Source of the DNA: an uncultured Acidobacteriota bacterium
GTDB taxonomy: Bacteria; Acidobacteriota; Thermoanaerobaculia; Multivoradales; UBA5704
Direction: 5' to 3'
Assembly (NCBI GenBank): GCA_963700145.1
Contig: OY969474.1
Coordinates: 3,136,001 to 3,200,000 of the forward strand
Length of the DNA stretch: 64,000 nt
In this document: piece after piece, positions 42,231 through 52,355 of the stretch
Layout: each line of letters opens with the position of its first letter
Position numbering within the stretch: the stretch's first letter is position 1
Notes under the pieces: generated by a model
Database searches by the model: none
What the model saw: the letters and a program-made list of their open reading frames with translations, nothing else
What the model was told of the DNA's origin: nothing
Program-made: the position numbers and the translations under genes

Positions 42231-42533
42231 ATGGCCGATATCACCGTCACCGTCACCGGTACCCCCCCGTCGGGGACCTACAGCCCCGCGGGACCGATCG
42301 TGGTCAGCCCGGGGACGACCACCATCCAGTTCCAGCGCGGCAGCGGCCAGAGCTGGGCCTTCGAGTCGCCGTACTTCACGACCTCTCCGTCGGGGCCGTT
42401 CACCATCGCCAGCCACTCCGACGGCCAGGTGACAATCACGGACACCGACCCGGGCGGGACGACCGTGGATTACGAGTACACCCTCTACACCACGGAAGGC
42501 CCCTTCGACCCGGAGATCATCAACAAGGGCTAG
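42231..42533 (+). CDS. Small beta-rich DP-EP-like protein (100 aa)
   Basis: AGGAGAG RBS; MADITVTVTG...YEYTLYTTEGPFDPEIINKG*; hidden at the end of a shadow ORF. Confidence 0.75.
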   Translation: MADITVTVTGTPPSGTYSPAGPIVVSPGTTTIQFQRGSGQSWAFESPYFTTSPSGPFTIASHSDGQVTITDTDPGGTTVDYEYTLYTTEGPFDPEIINKG

Positions 42534-43966
42534 CGCTGCCGGCGCCGGACGGTCCCGGCGGAAGGCTCGGCAGCTCTGCGCCGCATCATCCGCGCCGCGC
42601 TCAGCGCCAGCAGGGCGGCCAGCACCGTCAGGCCGAGCCCGTCGAGGGCCGGAATGGCCACGGCCGTGCCCGGCAGCTGGAAGGAGGTCGGGTCGTCCTC
42701 GGCCGCCGTCCCCGGATCGTCGGTCACCGCCGAGGCCTCGTTGGTGCCGTTGCCGTCGGCGTCGTAGGCGATCGTCCCCTGGTTGGAGATCGTCGTGCCC
42801 GGGCCGGCGCCGGCGTCGATGACGGCGTCGATGGTGATCGTCACCGAGGCGCCGTCGCCGAGCGAGCCGTTCCAGGTGACGGTGTTGGTGGCCACGGTCG
42901 CCGTCGCCGTGCCGGAGGTCGCCGTGGCGTCGACCAGGGTCAGCTCCGCCGGCAGGACGTCGGTGAACTCGTCGCCCGGGTTGTCGCCCTGGCTCTCGGG
43001 ACCGCTGTTGGTCAGCACCACGGTGTAGGTCACCGCGCCGCCCGGCACGAACGTGCCCGCCACGGTCTTGGTGCCCGCGAGCGTCGCCGGCGAGACCACC
43101 GTCGTCGAGGCGCTGGCGCCGTTGTCGGTCTCGTCGGGGTCGTCGCTCGAGGAGGAGACCGTGGCCGTGTTGAAGATCTCGGCGCCCGCGGCCCCGCCGG
43201 CGTCGACCGCCACGGTCAGGGTGAAGACCGCGCTGCCCACGTCGAGCGAGAAGATCGTGCACAGGACGTCGCCGGGGTCGCCCGGCGCCGGCGTGGCGCA
43301 CGACCAGCCTGCCGGCGCCGACAGCGACACGAACGTCGTCCCGGGCGGCAGCGCGTCGATCAGGCTGGCGCTGACCGCGGAGTCCGGACCGCCGTTGGTC
43401 ACCGTGATCGTGTAGACCAGCTCCGCCCCCGGCGTCACCGGATCGGGGTCGTCCACCTTGCTCACCGCGAGGTCGGCCCCCGGGGGCGGGCTGCCGACCG
43501 TCGTCGAAGCCAAGCCGTCGTTGTTGCCCTCGACGGGGTCGCCCTCCTCGGCGCCGGCCGTCGCCGTGTTCTCGATGACCGTGCCGGGGGCGAGGTCCGC
43601 GTCGACCGCCACGGTCAGGGTGACGGCGGCGCTGCCGTCCACGACGAGCGACGCCAGCGAGCAGTCGACCGTGCCGGCCGACCCCACCCCCGGCGCGGTG
43701 CAGCTCCAGTCGGGGTCCGCCACGAGCGAGAGGAACGTCGTGCCGGCCGGCAGGGTATCGGTGAGCGTGACCCCGGTGGCGTCGAACGGGCCGTTGTTGG
43801 TGACGACGATGTCGTAGGTGATGCTGCCGCCCGGCAGCACCGGGTCGGGGCTGTCGGTCTTCACCGTCTGCAGGTCGGCGGTCTGGGCGGCGGCGGGCTG
43901 CGCGGCCGGCAGACCGAGCGCGAGCGTCGTCAGCAGGATGAGCGACAGGCGAGAGACGTAGCGCAT
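42530..43966 (-). CDS. DUF11-repeat surface protein with IPTL-CTERM-like sorting signal
   Basis: Three ADL.V.K...YTI.VTN.GP repeats; C-terminal IPALDGLGLTVLAALLALSAARMMRRR. Confidence 0.88.
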   Translation of the reverse strand: MRYVSRLSLILLTTLALGLPAAQPAAAQTADLQTVKTDSPDPVLPGGSITYDIVVTNNGPFDATGVTLTDTLPAGTTFLSLVADPDWSCTAPGVGSAGTVDCSLASLVVDGSAAVTLTVAVDADLAPGTVIENTATAGAEEGDPVEGNNDGLASTTVGSPPPGADLAVSKVDDPDPVTPGAELVYTITVTNGGPDSAVSASLIDALPPGTTFVSLSAPAGWSCATPAPGDPGDVLCTIFSLDVGSAVFTLTVAVDAGGAAGAEIFNTATVSSSSDDPDETDNGASASTTVVSPATLAGTKTVAGTFVPGGAVTYTVVLTNSGPESQGDNPGDEFTDVLPAELTLVDATATSGTATATVATNTVTWNGSLGDGASVTITIDAVIDAGAGPGTTISNQGTIAYDADGNGTNEASAVTDDPGTAAEDDPTSFQLPGTAVAIPALDGLGLTVLAALLALSAARMMRRRAAEPSAGTVRRRQR

Positions 43967-44033
43967 GCGAAAGGTCCCGCAAGGATAGGGGATTGCTCGC
44001 GGCGCCACAACGGCCCGCCTGCGGTGGCGACGA

Positions 44034-44081
44034 AAAACCACCCACCCCCGGCGACATGTGAGCCGCGTCGCCGGGGGTGGG
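44034..44081 (-). terminator. Rho-independent terminator after the vWA gene
   Basis: CCCACCCCCGGCGAC...GTCGCCGGGGGTGGG stem followed by TGGTTTTT on the minus strand. Confidence 0.7.
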
Positions 44082-44088
44082 CTGGGAG

Positions 44089-45819
44089 TCACTTGCGGAC
44101 TTCGGGGACCTGCTCGACGTCGATGCTGACGGAGTCATCCCTCAGACCGGAGGCGGTGTAGACCGCGGTCACGGTCAGCGGGACGTCGCTGACGATCTCC
44201 AGGAAGCCGACGGTGAGCGGACCGTTGAGGCTCACCGGCTGCTTGAGCAGCTCGGCGAGGCGGCAGCAGTCGTCCATCGTCGCCGTGCGCGGCGGCAGCT
44301 CGATCTTGTCGCGGGCCATCTCCTTGCCGTGGCGCGGCTCGCGCCCGATGGGCTCTCCCTTGACGACCACCGGGACGACGTGCTTCTCGATCACCGCGGC
44401 GGAGCAGTGGCCGTTGTAGATGTTGATCTCGGTGGCGTAGCGGCCGGGCCGGAGCGGGCTGCAGCGCTCGTCCGACGTCTCGTTGAGGCCGCAGACGAAC
44501 TTGGCCGTGTAGTGGTAGCGGCACTTGGGGATCGTGATCTTGGTGGGCTTCTTCGCCACCACGACCTTGTCCATCACGACGTCGATGGATCCCGTGAAGA
44601 CCTGGTCGCGCAGCGCGCAGCGCTCGGCGCCGCGCTCGAACACGACCTCGAACGTGAGCGTGTGCGCCTTGGTCGGGTCCAGCGGCCCGAAGCCGCCGGC
44701 GGGCGTGATCGAGGTCACGAACGGGGCGATGGCGCCGGAGGGCACCAGGCTCACGTTCTGGATCTGGATGGCCTTGATCAGCGCGTCGAGGATCGTGGTC
44801 GCGACGGCCGACGGGTCGATGTTGGTGGACAGCGAGCCGCCGCTGGCGGCGGTAATGCTCGTGGCTTGGCCGGAGAGGCCGTTGCTGGGGCAGCCGGGGT
44901 AACCATCGGTGCTGGCCCCATCCAGACCGGTGCTGCCGGTGTTGACCGAGATGGCCAGGACCGCGATGCCGCCGGGCTGGTTCGGCGCGACGACCGCTTG
45001 GAGAGCGGAGATCACCGTCGCCCGGGTGATGTTGAAGCCGCCGCCCCATACCGCGGGGCAGATCGGCTCATGGCCCGGAGCGTCCCCGAACCAGACGATG
45101 AACTTGATGGCTCCCGGGCGCCAGCCGGCGACGCTCGCCACCTGCTGCAGGCCGTACAGGTTGGCTTCGGGGGTATCGGCCCCGCCGCCGGCCGACCAGT
45201 TGTTGATGGCGTTGGTGACGGCCGCCTGGCTGGCGGTGATCACCTGCTGGTTCTGGAAGGCCGCCGCATCGGTGAAGTCCCGGTAGTTGCCCACCCCGAA
45301 CTGGATGTCGAGGCCCATCCCCAGCAGGGTGTTCATGATCGCGCTCGCGCCCGCCTGCACGTTCGCGATCGCGGAGCCCATGCTGCCGGTGTTGTCGGCG
45401 AGGAAGTAGACGTCGACCCTCTCGCCGATGGCCTGGGCCGGGATCGAGACCTTGATCTTCTCCCGGAAGCCGCACTCGGTGAGCTGAATGTCGTTGACCT
45501 TGGGATCGATCTTGACGAGCTTGTCGAAGATCCCCTTCGGCAGATCGACCTTGAACGGGGGCACGGCGAAGAAAGCCCTGCCTTCCACCCGCGCCAGCTT
45601 CGTCAGGTCGACGTGCTTGCCCGCCGCGTCCAGGACGATCGTCGCGTGGGACGCGTTCGGCTGGTCGGCCGGCCGGACCGTGAACCGGTGGAGGGTCTGC
45701 TTGGAGGAGGGAACAGTATCGGTCTCCTCCGCGACGATCTCCGGCTTCTTGCCCTCGAGCTGCTTGGCGAGCGACTCGAGGGCCTTGGCGCGCAACGCCT
45801 TGATGTCTACCTTGGCCAT
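44089..45819 (-). CDS. vWA-domain protein with Cys-rich C-terminal domain
   Basis: DVYFLADNTGSM MIDAS, GGGADTPEA, WFGDAPGH; tail YTAKFVCG...PGRYATEINIYN. Confidence 0.8.
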   Translation of the reverse strand: MAKVDIKALRAKALESLAKQLEGKKPEIVAEETDTVPSSKQTLHRFTVRPADQPNASHATIVLDAAGKHVDLTKLARVEGRAFFAVPPFKVDLPKGIFDKLVKIDPKVNDIQLTECGFREKIKVSIPAQAIGERVDVYFLADNTGSMGSAIANVQAGASAIMNTLLGMGLDIQFGVGNYRDFTDAAAFQNQQVITASQAAVTNAINNWSAGGGADTPEANLYGLQQVASVAGWRPGAIKFIVWFGDAPGHEPICPAVWGGGFNITRATVISALQAVVAPNQPGGIAVLAISVNTGSTGLDGASTDGYPGCPSNGLSGQATSITAASGGSLSTNIDPSAVATTILDALIKAIQIQNVSLVPSGAIAPFVTSITPAGGFGPLDPTKAHTLTFEVVFERGAERCALRDQVFTGSIDVVMDKVVVAKKPTKITIPKCRYHYTAKFVCGLNETSDERCSPLRPGRYATEINIYNGHCSAAVIEKHVVPVVVKGEPIGREPRHGKEMARDKIELPPRTATMDDCCRLAELLKQPVSLNGPLTVGFLEIVSDVPLTVTAVYTASGLRDDSVSIDVEQVPEVRK

Positions 45820-45948
45820 CGTTCTTTCCTTTCGGCGATCGCGCGGAGCTCGGCCCATCCGGCTCTGCAGCGACCTCCAGAAAGGGCATTCGCGGCCCGC
45901 GCCGGCTTTCTGACACGGGAGCCTGCTGGAGCGAGCGGTAGAAGCGCG

Positions 45949-47343
45949 TCAGTGCGTCTGCAGCCAGCTCAGGATCGCCTGCCAGCTCAGGGACTCGGCG
46001 TTGGCGGCGGTGAAGAGGTCGCCGTGGCCGAAGTCGAAGAGGCGGGTTGCCGGGGGCTCGAGGTCGACGAGATGGACCTGGACGTCCGTGCTGCCCAGAA
46101 GCGTCGTCGTGTAGACCCCGAACTCGCCGAAGCCGCCGCCGCCGCCGACGTAGAGGACCGGGACCGTGATCTCGCCCAGGTGGTCGTCGAATGCCACGTC
46201 GGTCTCGTCGCAGAGCACGCGGTCGCCGTCGACGACCTCCTGCTCGGGCTGGAAGGGGGAGGCGCCGGTCAGGAAGTCGAACCACAGGGCCTCGTCCGTG
46301 TAGAGCAGCCCCGTGGGGACGCCGAATTCGTCGAACGTGCCGGCCGTGAAGTGGTAGACGGGCACGATCTGCTGGTCCGGTGGGAAGAGGGCGAAGGTCG
46401 CTGCGCCCAGCAGGAGGGCCGCCTGGCGATTGGTCAGGCCGGGGAAGACCGGCGAGGGGTCGTTCGGCGCCGCCTTGGCGAGCTGGCCGAGCGTGATGAC
46501 CAGGACGCCGATCGTGCTCTGGTAGGTCCCGCCGTCGATCAGCGCCTGCCCCGCGTCCGCCCGCGTGCAGGCCGCCTCCCGCAGCTCCTCGACGGCGGTC
46601 TTCAGAAAGATGTCTACCGGGATGAACCCGGCCGCGTTGCGCAGCCCTGGCGGCACCTGCGTCTCGGCGTTGAGATAGGCGTAGCCGATATGGCCGCCGC
46701 GGCTCCAGCCCAGCAGGTGGACGCGGCCGTGGCCCTCGCCCGTGCGGGTGCGCACGGCGCGCGCCAGGGCCAGGGCGAGCCCGACGTCGCGCGCGTCGCG
46801 CTCCATCCCCCAGCCGGCGAAGAACGAGAAGTCGGTGGTCGAGGCCGGTACGAAGCTCCAGCCGAGATCGATGCCCCAGACGTCGACGCCGTTCTGCGCC
46901 AGGAAGACCGGCAGGGCGCGGTCGTCGGGCGCGGCGGGCGAGTCGACGTTGGCAAGGAAGGCGGCGTCGAAGCCCCAGACGTCGCCGTGGGTCATGAGCA
47001 CGGGCGGCCCGGTGGGCGCGAGCTCGTAAGGCGCGGTCTCCTGGACCACCCGGTGGATGCCGATCGAGTCGAACGCGCCCGGCCCGGTCGCGAGCCGGAA
47101 GGCGTACTCGGCGATGCCGGGGACGATCTCGCGGCGGGTGAAGGCGGAGACGGTGCAGTCGCCCTCCAAGGCCGGCAGGGTGCCGGCGAAGAACGTCTGC
47201 ACCTGCACGCAGGCGAGCGCGGCGGCGTGCTCGACGTCGGACTGCCACCGCTCGGCAGGCGTGGGCGCCTGGGCCGCGGCGGCGGCCGGCAGGACGGCGA
47301 GACCGAGGGCGAGGAGCAGGCTGTGCGTGGTCACGGCTCTCAT
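45949..47343 (-). CDS. Secreted alpha/beta hydrolase
   Basis: Signal peptide, LMTHG, GWSRGG nucleophile elbow, FGHGD. Confidence 0.8.
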   Translation of the reverse strand: MRAVTTHSLLLALGLAVLPAAAAAQAPTPAERWQSDVEHAAALACVQVQTFFAGTLPALEGDCTVSAFTRREIVPGIAEYAFRLATGPGAFDSIGIHRVVQETAPYELAPTGPPVLMTHGDVWGFDAAFLANVDSPAAPDDRALPVFLAQNGVDVWGIDLGWSFVPASTTDFSFFAGWGMERDARDVGLALALARAVRTRTGEGHGRVHLLGWSRGGHIGYAYLNAETQVPPGLRNAAGFIPVDIFLKTAVEELREAACTRADAGQALIDGGTYQSTIGVLVITLGQLAKAAPNDPSPVFPGLTNRQAALLLGAATFALFPPDQQIVPVYHFTAGTFDEFGVPTGLLYTDEALWFDFLTGASPFQPEQEVVDGDRVLCDETDVAFDDHLGEITVPVLYVGGGGGFGEFGVYTTTLLGSTDVQVHLVDLEPPATRLFDFGHGDLFTAANAESLSWQAILSWLQTH

Positions 47344-47530
47344 CGGCGTCCACCTCCTGTTGCTTAGATAGTGCATGCAGACGCCGCAACGGCGACAGTC
47401 GCCCGTGAGCGGCTAGGCGCCGCCGCTCGTCCCGCAGCGAGCATCCTCTGGTCCTGTTCCGCCGACTGCTGGAGTAGCTCCAGAAGCTCCCGCTTCGCCC
47501 GCACGAACTAGCTTCGGCCGGTAGGAGCTC

Positions 47531-47705
47531 AGCTTCGACCTCGACGTCGTCTTCGAGACCTCGGCGGAGAACCGTGCGCGCCTCCTCGCGGCCCTCGAGG
47601 AGATCGACGCCGTCTACCTCGACCCGCTCGACCGCCGCATCCCGCCGACCGACGAGCGCCTCCAGGCCCACCGTCTCAACCTCTTCACGACTCGCCTCGG
47701 CCACG
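47531..47705 (+). pseudogene. Internal fragment of a nucleotidyltransferase (MNT/AbiEii-like)
   Basis: SFDLDVVFETSAENRARLLAALEEIDAVYLDP...LFTTRLG with no start codon or C-terminus. Confidence 0.55.
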
Positions 47706-47735
47706 CCGGCAGCGGTGAACCTCTCGCGCGGCGCC

Positions 47736-50369
47736 CTATTCGGCCACCAGGGCCTCGAGCGGCGAGACCCGCGCCGCGCTGCGGCCGGGGAGCCAGCAGG
47801 CGAAGAGAGCGGCGCCGAGCAGGCCCGCCGCGACGGCGGCGAGCGTCAGCGGGTCGGCCGCGCCGACGCCGAAGAGCAACGCCTGGAGCAGGCGCACCTC
47901 CAGCACCGCAAGTAGGAGGCCCAGCGCCAGCCCCGCGACCGCGACGCCCATGCCGCGCCGGACGATCATCCAGGTCACCGACTGCGGCCCGGCGCCGAGG
48001 GCGATCCGCACGCCGATCTCGCGCCGGCGCTGCCGCACCGAGTAAGACATCAAGGCGAAGACACCGATCGACGCGAGCAGGACCGCCGTCGCGCCGAAGG
48101 CGCCGACGATGGCGGTCCAGCGCCGGGGGTCCGCCAGCTCCCCCGCCAGCCGCTCCGCCAGCGTCGCCTGTGCCACCGGGAGATCGGGGTCGAGCCGGCG
48201 CACGACCTCGCGCAGCGCGGCCAGGGTCTCGGCCGTCGTCCCCCGGCCGCGCGCCACGAGGTGCCCGTCCCGCGGCCCGCCCTGCGCGAACGGCAGGTAC
48301 ACCGCCTCGCCGGCGTTCTCGAGGCCGAGGTACTTGACGTCGCCCACCACGCCGACGATCGTCGTCCGCGGACACTCCACGCAGCCGCCCTCGATCATCT
48401 GCCGGCCGACCGGCGACTCGCCCGGGTAGAACCGCCGCGCCCAGGACTCGGTAACGATAGCCACCGGCGGCGCCTCGGCGGTGTCGCCGACGCGGAACGC
48501 TCGGCCGTCGACGAGCGGCACGCCGAGTGCCGCGAAGTAGCCGTTCGTCGCGTAGACCCACGGCGAGGTGGGCTGCGAGGCGCCCGCCGGCACCGGGCGG
48601 TCCACCAGGTCGAAGTTGTTCTCGTTGCCGGGCTGGCTCGGCGGCAGCTCCGTCGACAGCCCGAACGCTTCGATGCCGCCGAGCTCGGCGACGAGCGCTT
48701 CGGCGCGCCGCCAGAACGCCGGCGTCGCCTCGTCGGGGTGGCGGGCCTCCGGCAGCGCGACCGACGTGGTCACGACCCCGGCCGCATCGAACCCCGGATC
48801 GACCCGCTGGAGCCGCAGGAAGCTGTTGAGCAGCAGCCCCGCGCCGAGGAGCAGCGGCAGCGCCAGCGCGAACTCCGCCATCACGAGAGCCGTGCGCACG
48901 GCGTGCGTGCCGCGGCCCGGTCCGACGCGCCGGTCGCCGGCGCCGAGCCCCGCGGCGCGCCCGGGCCGGAGCGCCGCGAAGAGCGGCGGCAGGCTTACCA
49001 GGACGCCGACCGCGAGCGTCGCCGCGGCGATGAACGCGAGCGCGCGCCAATCGAGCCCGACCTCGGCCTGCCGCGGCAGGTACGGCGCCAGCGCCCCGGC
49101 CAAGCGCACGCCGAGCGCGGCGACGAGCAGGCCGGCGAGACCCGCGAAAGACGTCAGGGTCAGCCCCTCGACGAGCACCATCCGCACCAGCCGGGCGCGC
49201 GGCGCCCCGAGCGCGACGCGGACGGCGAGCTCCTGGGCGCGCGCCGAGGCGCGGACGAGGACGAGTGTGGCGACGTTGGCGACGGCGATGAGGAGGACGA
49301 GCGCGACGGCGGCGGCGAACAGCCCGAGGCTCCTGCCGGCGTCGCCCACGAGCGCCTCGCGCAGCGGCACCGGCGTGAAGCGCGCGTCGCGATCCTGGAA
49401 CCCGGCCGCCCAGAGCGGGAAGATCCGCTCGCTGATGCCCGCGAGGTCGCGCCCCGCCTCGGCCAGGGTGACGTCCTCCTTCAGGCGCGCGATGCCGCGG
49501 ATCCAGAACGGTCCGCGCCGGGTCGGCGTCTCCATCTGGACCGCGGGCCAGAGGCCGAGGTCCCAGCCGGCCAGGCCGGCCGCCGCCGCCGGGCCCCCGG
49601 GCAGGACGCCGACGACCTCGTGGCTCCTGCCGTCGAGCGTGACCGCCCGCCCCAACGCCGCGCGCGCGCCGCCGAACAGCTCTCCGGCGAGCGCGTGCGA
49701 CAGCACGACGACCGGCGGCGCGCCGAGCGCCTCGTCGCGCGGTTGGATCAGTCGGCCCACGGCGGGGACGACGCCGAGCGCCTGGAAGAATCCGGTCGTC
49801 ACGCGGCCCGCGTAGACCAGCTGCGGCTCGCCCGCCCCCGACAGCGCCATCGTGGCGAGCTGGACCCCGCCGAAGGCGTCGAAGCTCCGCTGCTGGTCGC
49901 GGATCGCCTGGAAGTCGACCGTCGAGAGGTTCCCGAAATTCCGCGTCACCCGCGGGTAGACGCGCACCAGCCGGTCGGCGTGGGGGTGCGGCAGCGGCGC
50001 CAGAACCACCGCGTCCACCACCGCGAACGAGGCCGCGGTCGCCCCGATCCCGACGCCCAGGACCAGCACCGCGCCGCAGGCGAAGCCGGGGTTGCGCCGC
50101 AGCCCGCGCAGCGCGTGGCGCACGTCGGCGGCGAAGTCCTGGAGGGGGCGCACGCCGGTGGCGTCGCGGACCTCCTCCTGGAAGCGCTCGGCGCCGCCGA
50201 AGGCGAGCGCCGCCTCGCGCCGCGCCGCGTCCGGGCTCGCGCCCCGCCGGCCGCGCTCCTCGGCCTCCCGCTCGACGTGGAAGCGCATCTCCTCCTCGAG
50301 CTCGCGCCGGTGCCGCCGCGGGAAGAGCAGCGCGCGCAGCCGCTCGGAGAGGTCGGAGAGCGCGCTCAC
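47736..50369 (-). CDS. ADOP-family duplicated ABC (MacB/FtsX-like) permease
   Basis: RELEEEMRFH...FGGAERFQEEVRD; ALRGLRRNPGF; two EL/EIGVRIALGA FtsX motifs. Confidence 0.92.
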   Translation of the reverse strand: MSALSDLSERLRALLFPRRHRRELEEEMRFHVEREAEERGRRGASPDAARREAALAFGGAERFQEEVRDATGVRPLQDFAADVRHALRGLRRNPGFACGAVLVLGVGIGATAASFAVVDAVVLAPLPHPHADRLVRVYPRVTRNFGNLSTVDFQAIRDQQRSFDAFGGVQLATMALSGAGEPQLVYAGRVTTGFFQALGVVPAVGRLIQPRDEALGAPPVVVLSHALAGELFGGARAALGRAVTLDGRSHEVVGVLPGGPAAAAGLAGWDLGLWPAVQMETPTRRGPFWIRGIARLKEDVTLAEAGRDLAGISERIFPLWAAGFQDRDARFTPVPLREALVGDAGRSLGLFAAAVALVLLIAVANVATLVLVRASARAQELAVRVALGAPRARLVRMVLVEGLTLTSFAGLAGLLVAALGVRLAGALAPYLPRQAEVGLDWRALAFIAAATLAVGVLVSLPPLFAALRPGRAAGLGAGDRRVGPGRGTHAVRTALVMAEFALALPLLLGAGLLLNSFLRLQRVDPGFDAAGVVTTSVALPEARHPDEATPAFWRRAEALVAELGGIEAFGLSTELPPSQPGNENNFDLVDRPVPAGASQPTSPWVYATNGYFAALGVPLVDGRAFRVGDTAEAPPVAIVTESWARRFYPGESPVGRQMIEGGCVECPRTTIVGVVGDVKYLGLENAGEAVYLPFAQGGPRDGHLVARGRGTTAETLAALREVVRRLDPDLPVAQATLAERLAGELADPRRWTAIVGAFGATAVLLASIGVFALMSYSVRQRRREIGVRIALGAGPQSVTWMIVRRGMGVAVAGLALGLLLAVLEVRLLQALLFGVGAADPLTLAAVAAGLLGAALFACWLPGRSAARVSPLEALVAE

Positions 50370-50716
50370 CGCGCCTCCCCGGCGAGCCGGCCGCGCAGGA
50401 TGCCGGCGATGACCTCCACCGTGCGCTCCCAGGCCTCGGTCTCGAGAGCGAGCTGGCGCTCGCCGGCCTTGGTGAGCCGGTAGTAGCGCGCGCGCCGGTT
50501 GTTCTCGCTGGCGCGCCACTCCGCGCGGATCCACCCCTTGCGCAGCATGCGCTGCAGCGCCGGGTAGAGCGATCCCTGCTGCACTGCGAAGGCGCCGCCC
50601 GCGAGCTGCTCGATCCGCTGCCCGATCCCCCAGCCGTGCATCGGCTCGAGCGACAGGGCCTTCAAGGTCAACATCTCGAGCGTGCCCTGCAGGATCTCGG
50701 CGGTTCTGGTCGTCAT
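50366..50716 (-). CDS. PadR family regulator (acidobacterial type)
   Basis: LQGTLEMLTLKAL...HGWGI...QGSLYPALQR...SENNRRARYY. Confidence 0.93.
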   Translation of the reverse strand: MTTRTAEILQGTLEMLTLKALSLEPMHGWGIGQRIEQLAGGAFAVQQGSLYPALQRMLRKGWIRAEWRASENNRRARYYRLTKAGERQLALETEAWERTVEVIAGILRGRLAGEAR

Positions 50717-50725
50717 CGGGCCTCT

Positions 50726-50782
50726 CCTCTAGATGAGCTAGAGGGATGATACACGGCCCTCTTCTAGACGGTCAAGAGGAGG
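50726..50782. promoter_or_regulatory. Two putative PadR operator palindromes
   Basis: CCTCTAG-N5-CTAGAGG (50726-50744) and imperfect CCTCTTCTAG-N5-CAAGAGGAGG (50758-50782) just upstream of padR. Confidence 0.6.
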
Positions 50783-50850
50783 CGAGATGCGAGGGGTGGG
50801 CAGGAAGGCGGCGGCCGCTCCGGCGACGGCCGCCGCCTCGGGGGGTCAGC

Positions 50851-52230
50851 TCACTGCGCCGCCGCCACCGCCGCTTCGTAGGCATCGATGTGGCCGGCGC
50901 CGACCTCGAACGCCGCACGGCCCGGCATCGGGTTCGCGGTGCTCGCGAGGATCTGCTTGACCTCCGCCGGCGTCAGCGCCGGGTCGGCCTCGAAGAGCAG
51001 GGCGGCGATGCCGGCCACGTGCGGCGTCGCCATCGAGGTGCCGCTCATGTGCGTGTAGTACGCCACGTGGCCCAGGTCCAGAGAGAGGTCCTGCGGGAGC
51101 GCCAGGACGGGCAGGGCGCCGGTCAGGGCGCGCGTCGAGACGATGTCGACGCCGGTCGCCACCAGGGTCGGCTGGTTGACGTAGGTCCACTGCTGGCCGT
51201 CGGGCATGGTGAAGGTGCCGGACTCGCCCGGGTTGCCGCGCGAGGAGAAGTCGGCGAGCGTGCCGTCCTTGTTCCCGGCGCCGACCGAGACGACCCACGG
51301 CGCCTGGGCGTAGGGATTGTGCGTGTTGGCCCCCGGTCCTTCGTTGCCCGCCGCGAAGATGGACAGGATGCCTTCCTTGAACGCCGCGTAGCTGGCGACG
51401 TTGACCGGATCGGTGGGATCGAAGGCGCCGGAGCTGCCCCAGGAGTTGCTGATCACCCGGATCGGCGCCGCGAAGCGGTTCTCGTTGGCGATCGCGTAGT
51501 CGAAGCCGCCGATCGCGTCGAGGATCGAGATCACCGCGCCCGACCCGTAGCCGACGAGCAGCGAGTCGGTCGCGACGCCGCGGTAGAGGCCGCCGGCCTG
51601 CCCGCCGCTGCCGCCGACGATCCCGGCGCAGTGGGTGCCGTGCCCGGAGCTGATGTCGGAGTTGGGCTGGCCTTCGAGATAGGTCACCGGCAGGATGGTG
51701 ACGACGGCGCTCAGATTGGTCAGCGCCTGCACGTTCTCGACGACGTGGCTGCCGAACGCGAGGTCGCCGTGCGTCGCGTCGATCCCCGAGTCGTTGACCA
51801 GCACCGTGACGCCGGCGCCCGTGTAGCCGAGGTCGGGATCGGCCTGCACGAGGTCCACTCCCGACAGGCGCCGGGCGTCGTCGTTGTAGTAGCTCAACGT
51901 GCTGTTGGCGGTGATCGACAAGACGTCGCCGCGCCGGGCGAGCTGGTTGATGGCGTACGGCGTCGCGAGCGCGCCGACGACCGGCAGCGCCCGGAAGGAG
52001 ATCCCGCGGTTGATCCCCAGGGACTTGAGCGCTTGCACCTGGGCCGCCTGTACCGGGCCCGACTGCCTGTAGGTGACCACGATCTCGAGCTGCTGCAGCG
52101 GCAGCGCCGCGGCCATCTTGCCGGCCAGCTCGGCGCTGATGCGCGCGTCGGCCATCGCGGGGCCGGGCCCCAGAACGGCGGCAAGCGCGAGCGCGACAAA
52201 CACAACCCTGCTGAACGATGGATGGTTCAC
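50851..52230 (-). CDS. S8 subtilase (AprX-like), secreted
   Basis: VNDSG, GHGTHCAG, SGTSMATPH catalytic triad. Confidence 0.93.
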   Translation of the reverse strand: MNHPSFSRVVFVALALAAVLGPGPAMADARISAELAGKMAAALPLQQLEIVVTYRQSGPVQAAQVQALKSLGINRGISFRALPVVGALATPYAINQLARRGDVLSITANSTLSYYNDDARRLSGVDLVQADPDLGYTGAGVTVLVNDSGIDATHGDLAFGSHVVENVQALTNLSAVVTILPVTYLEGQPNSDISSGHGTHCAGIVGGSGGQAGGLYRGVATDSLLVGYGSGAVISILDAIGGFDYAIANENRFAAPIRVISNSWGSSGAFDPTDPVNVASYAAFKEGILSIFAAGNEGPGANTHNPYAQAPWVVSVGAGNKDGTLADFSSRGNPGESGTFTMPDGQQWTYVNQPTLVATGVDIVSTRALTGALPVLALPQDLSLDLGHVAYYTHMSGTSMATPHVAGIAALLFEADPALTPAEVKQILASTANPMPGRAAFEVGAGHIDAYEAAVAAAQ

Positions 52231-52355
52231 GTTCCCCCTCCTTGTTGGGCTCGTCCTTCGTTGACTCCATGAATGCTGGCACCGCGCCGGCGGCGCGGCG
52301 ATGAGGGAAACCCCTCAGGCGGAGGGGGGAATTCACCCATCGCGCCGCGGATAGG

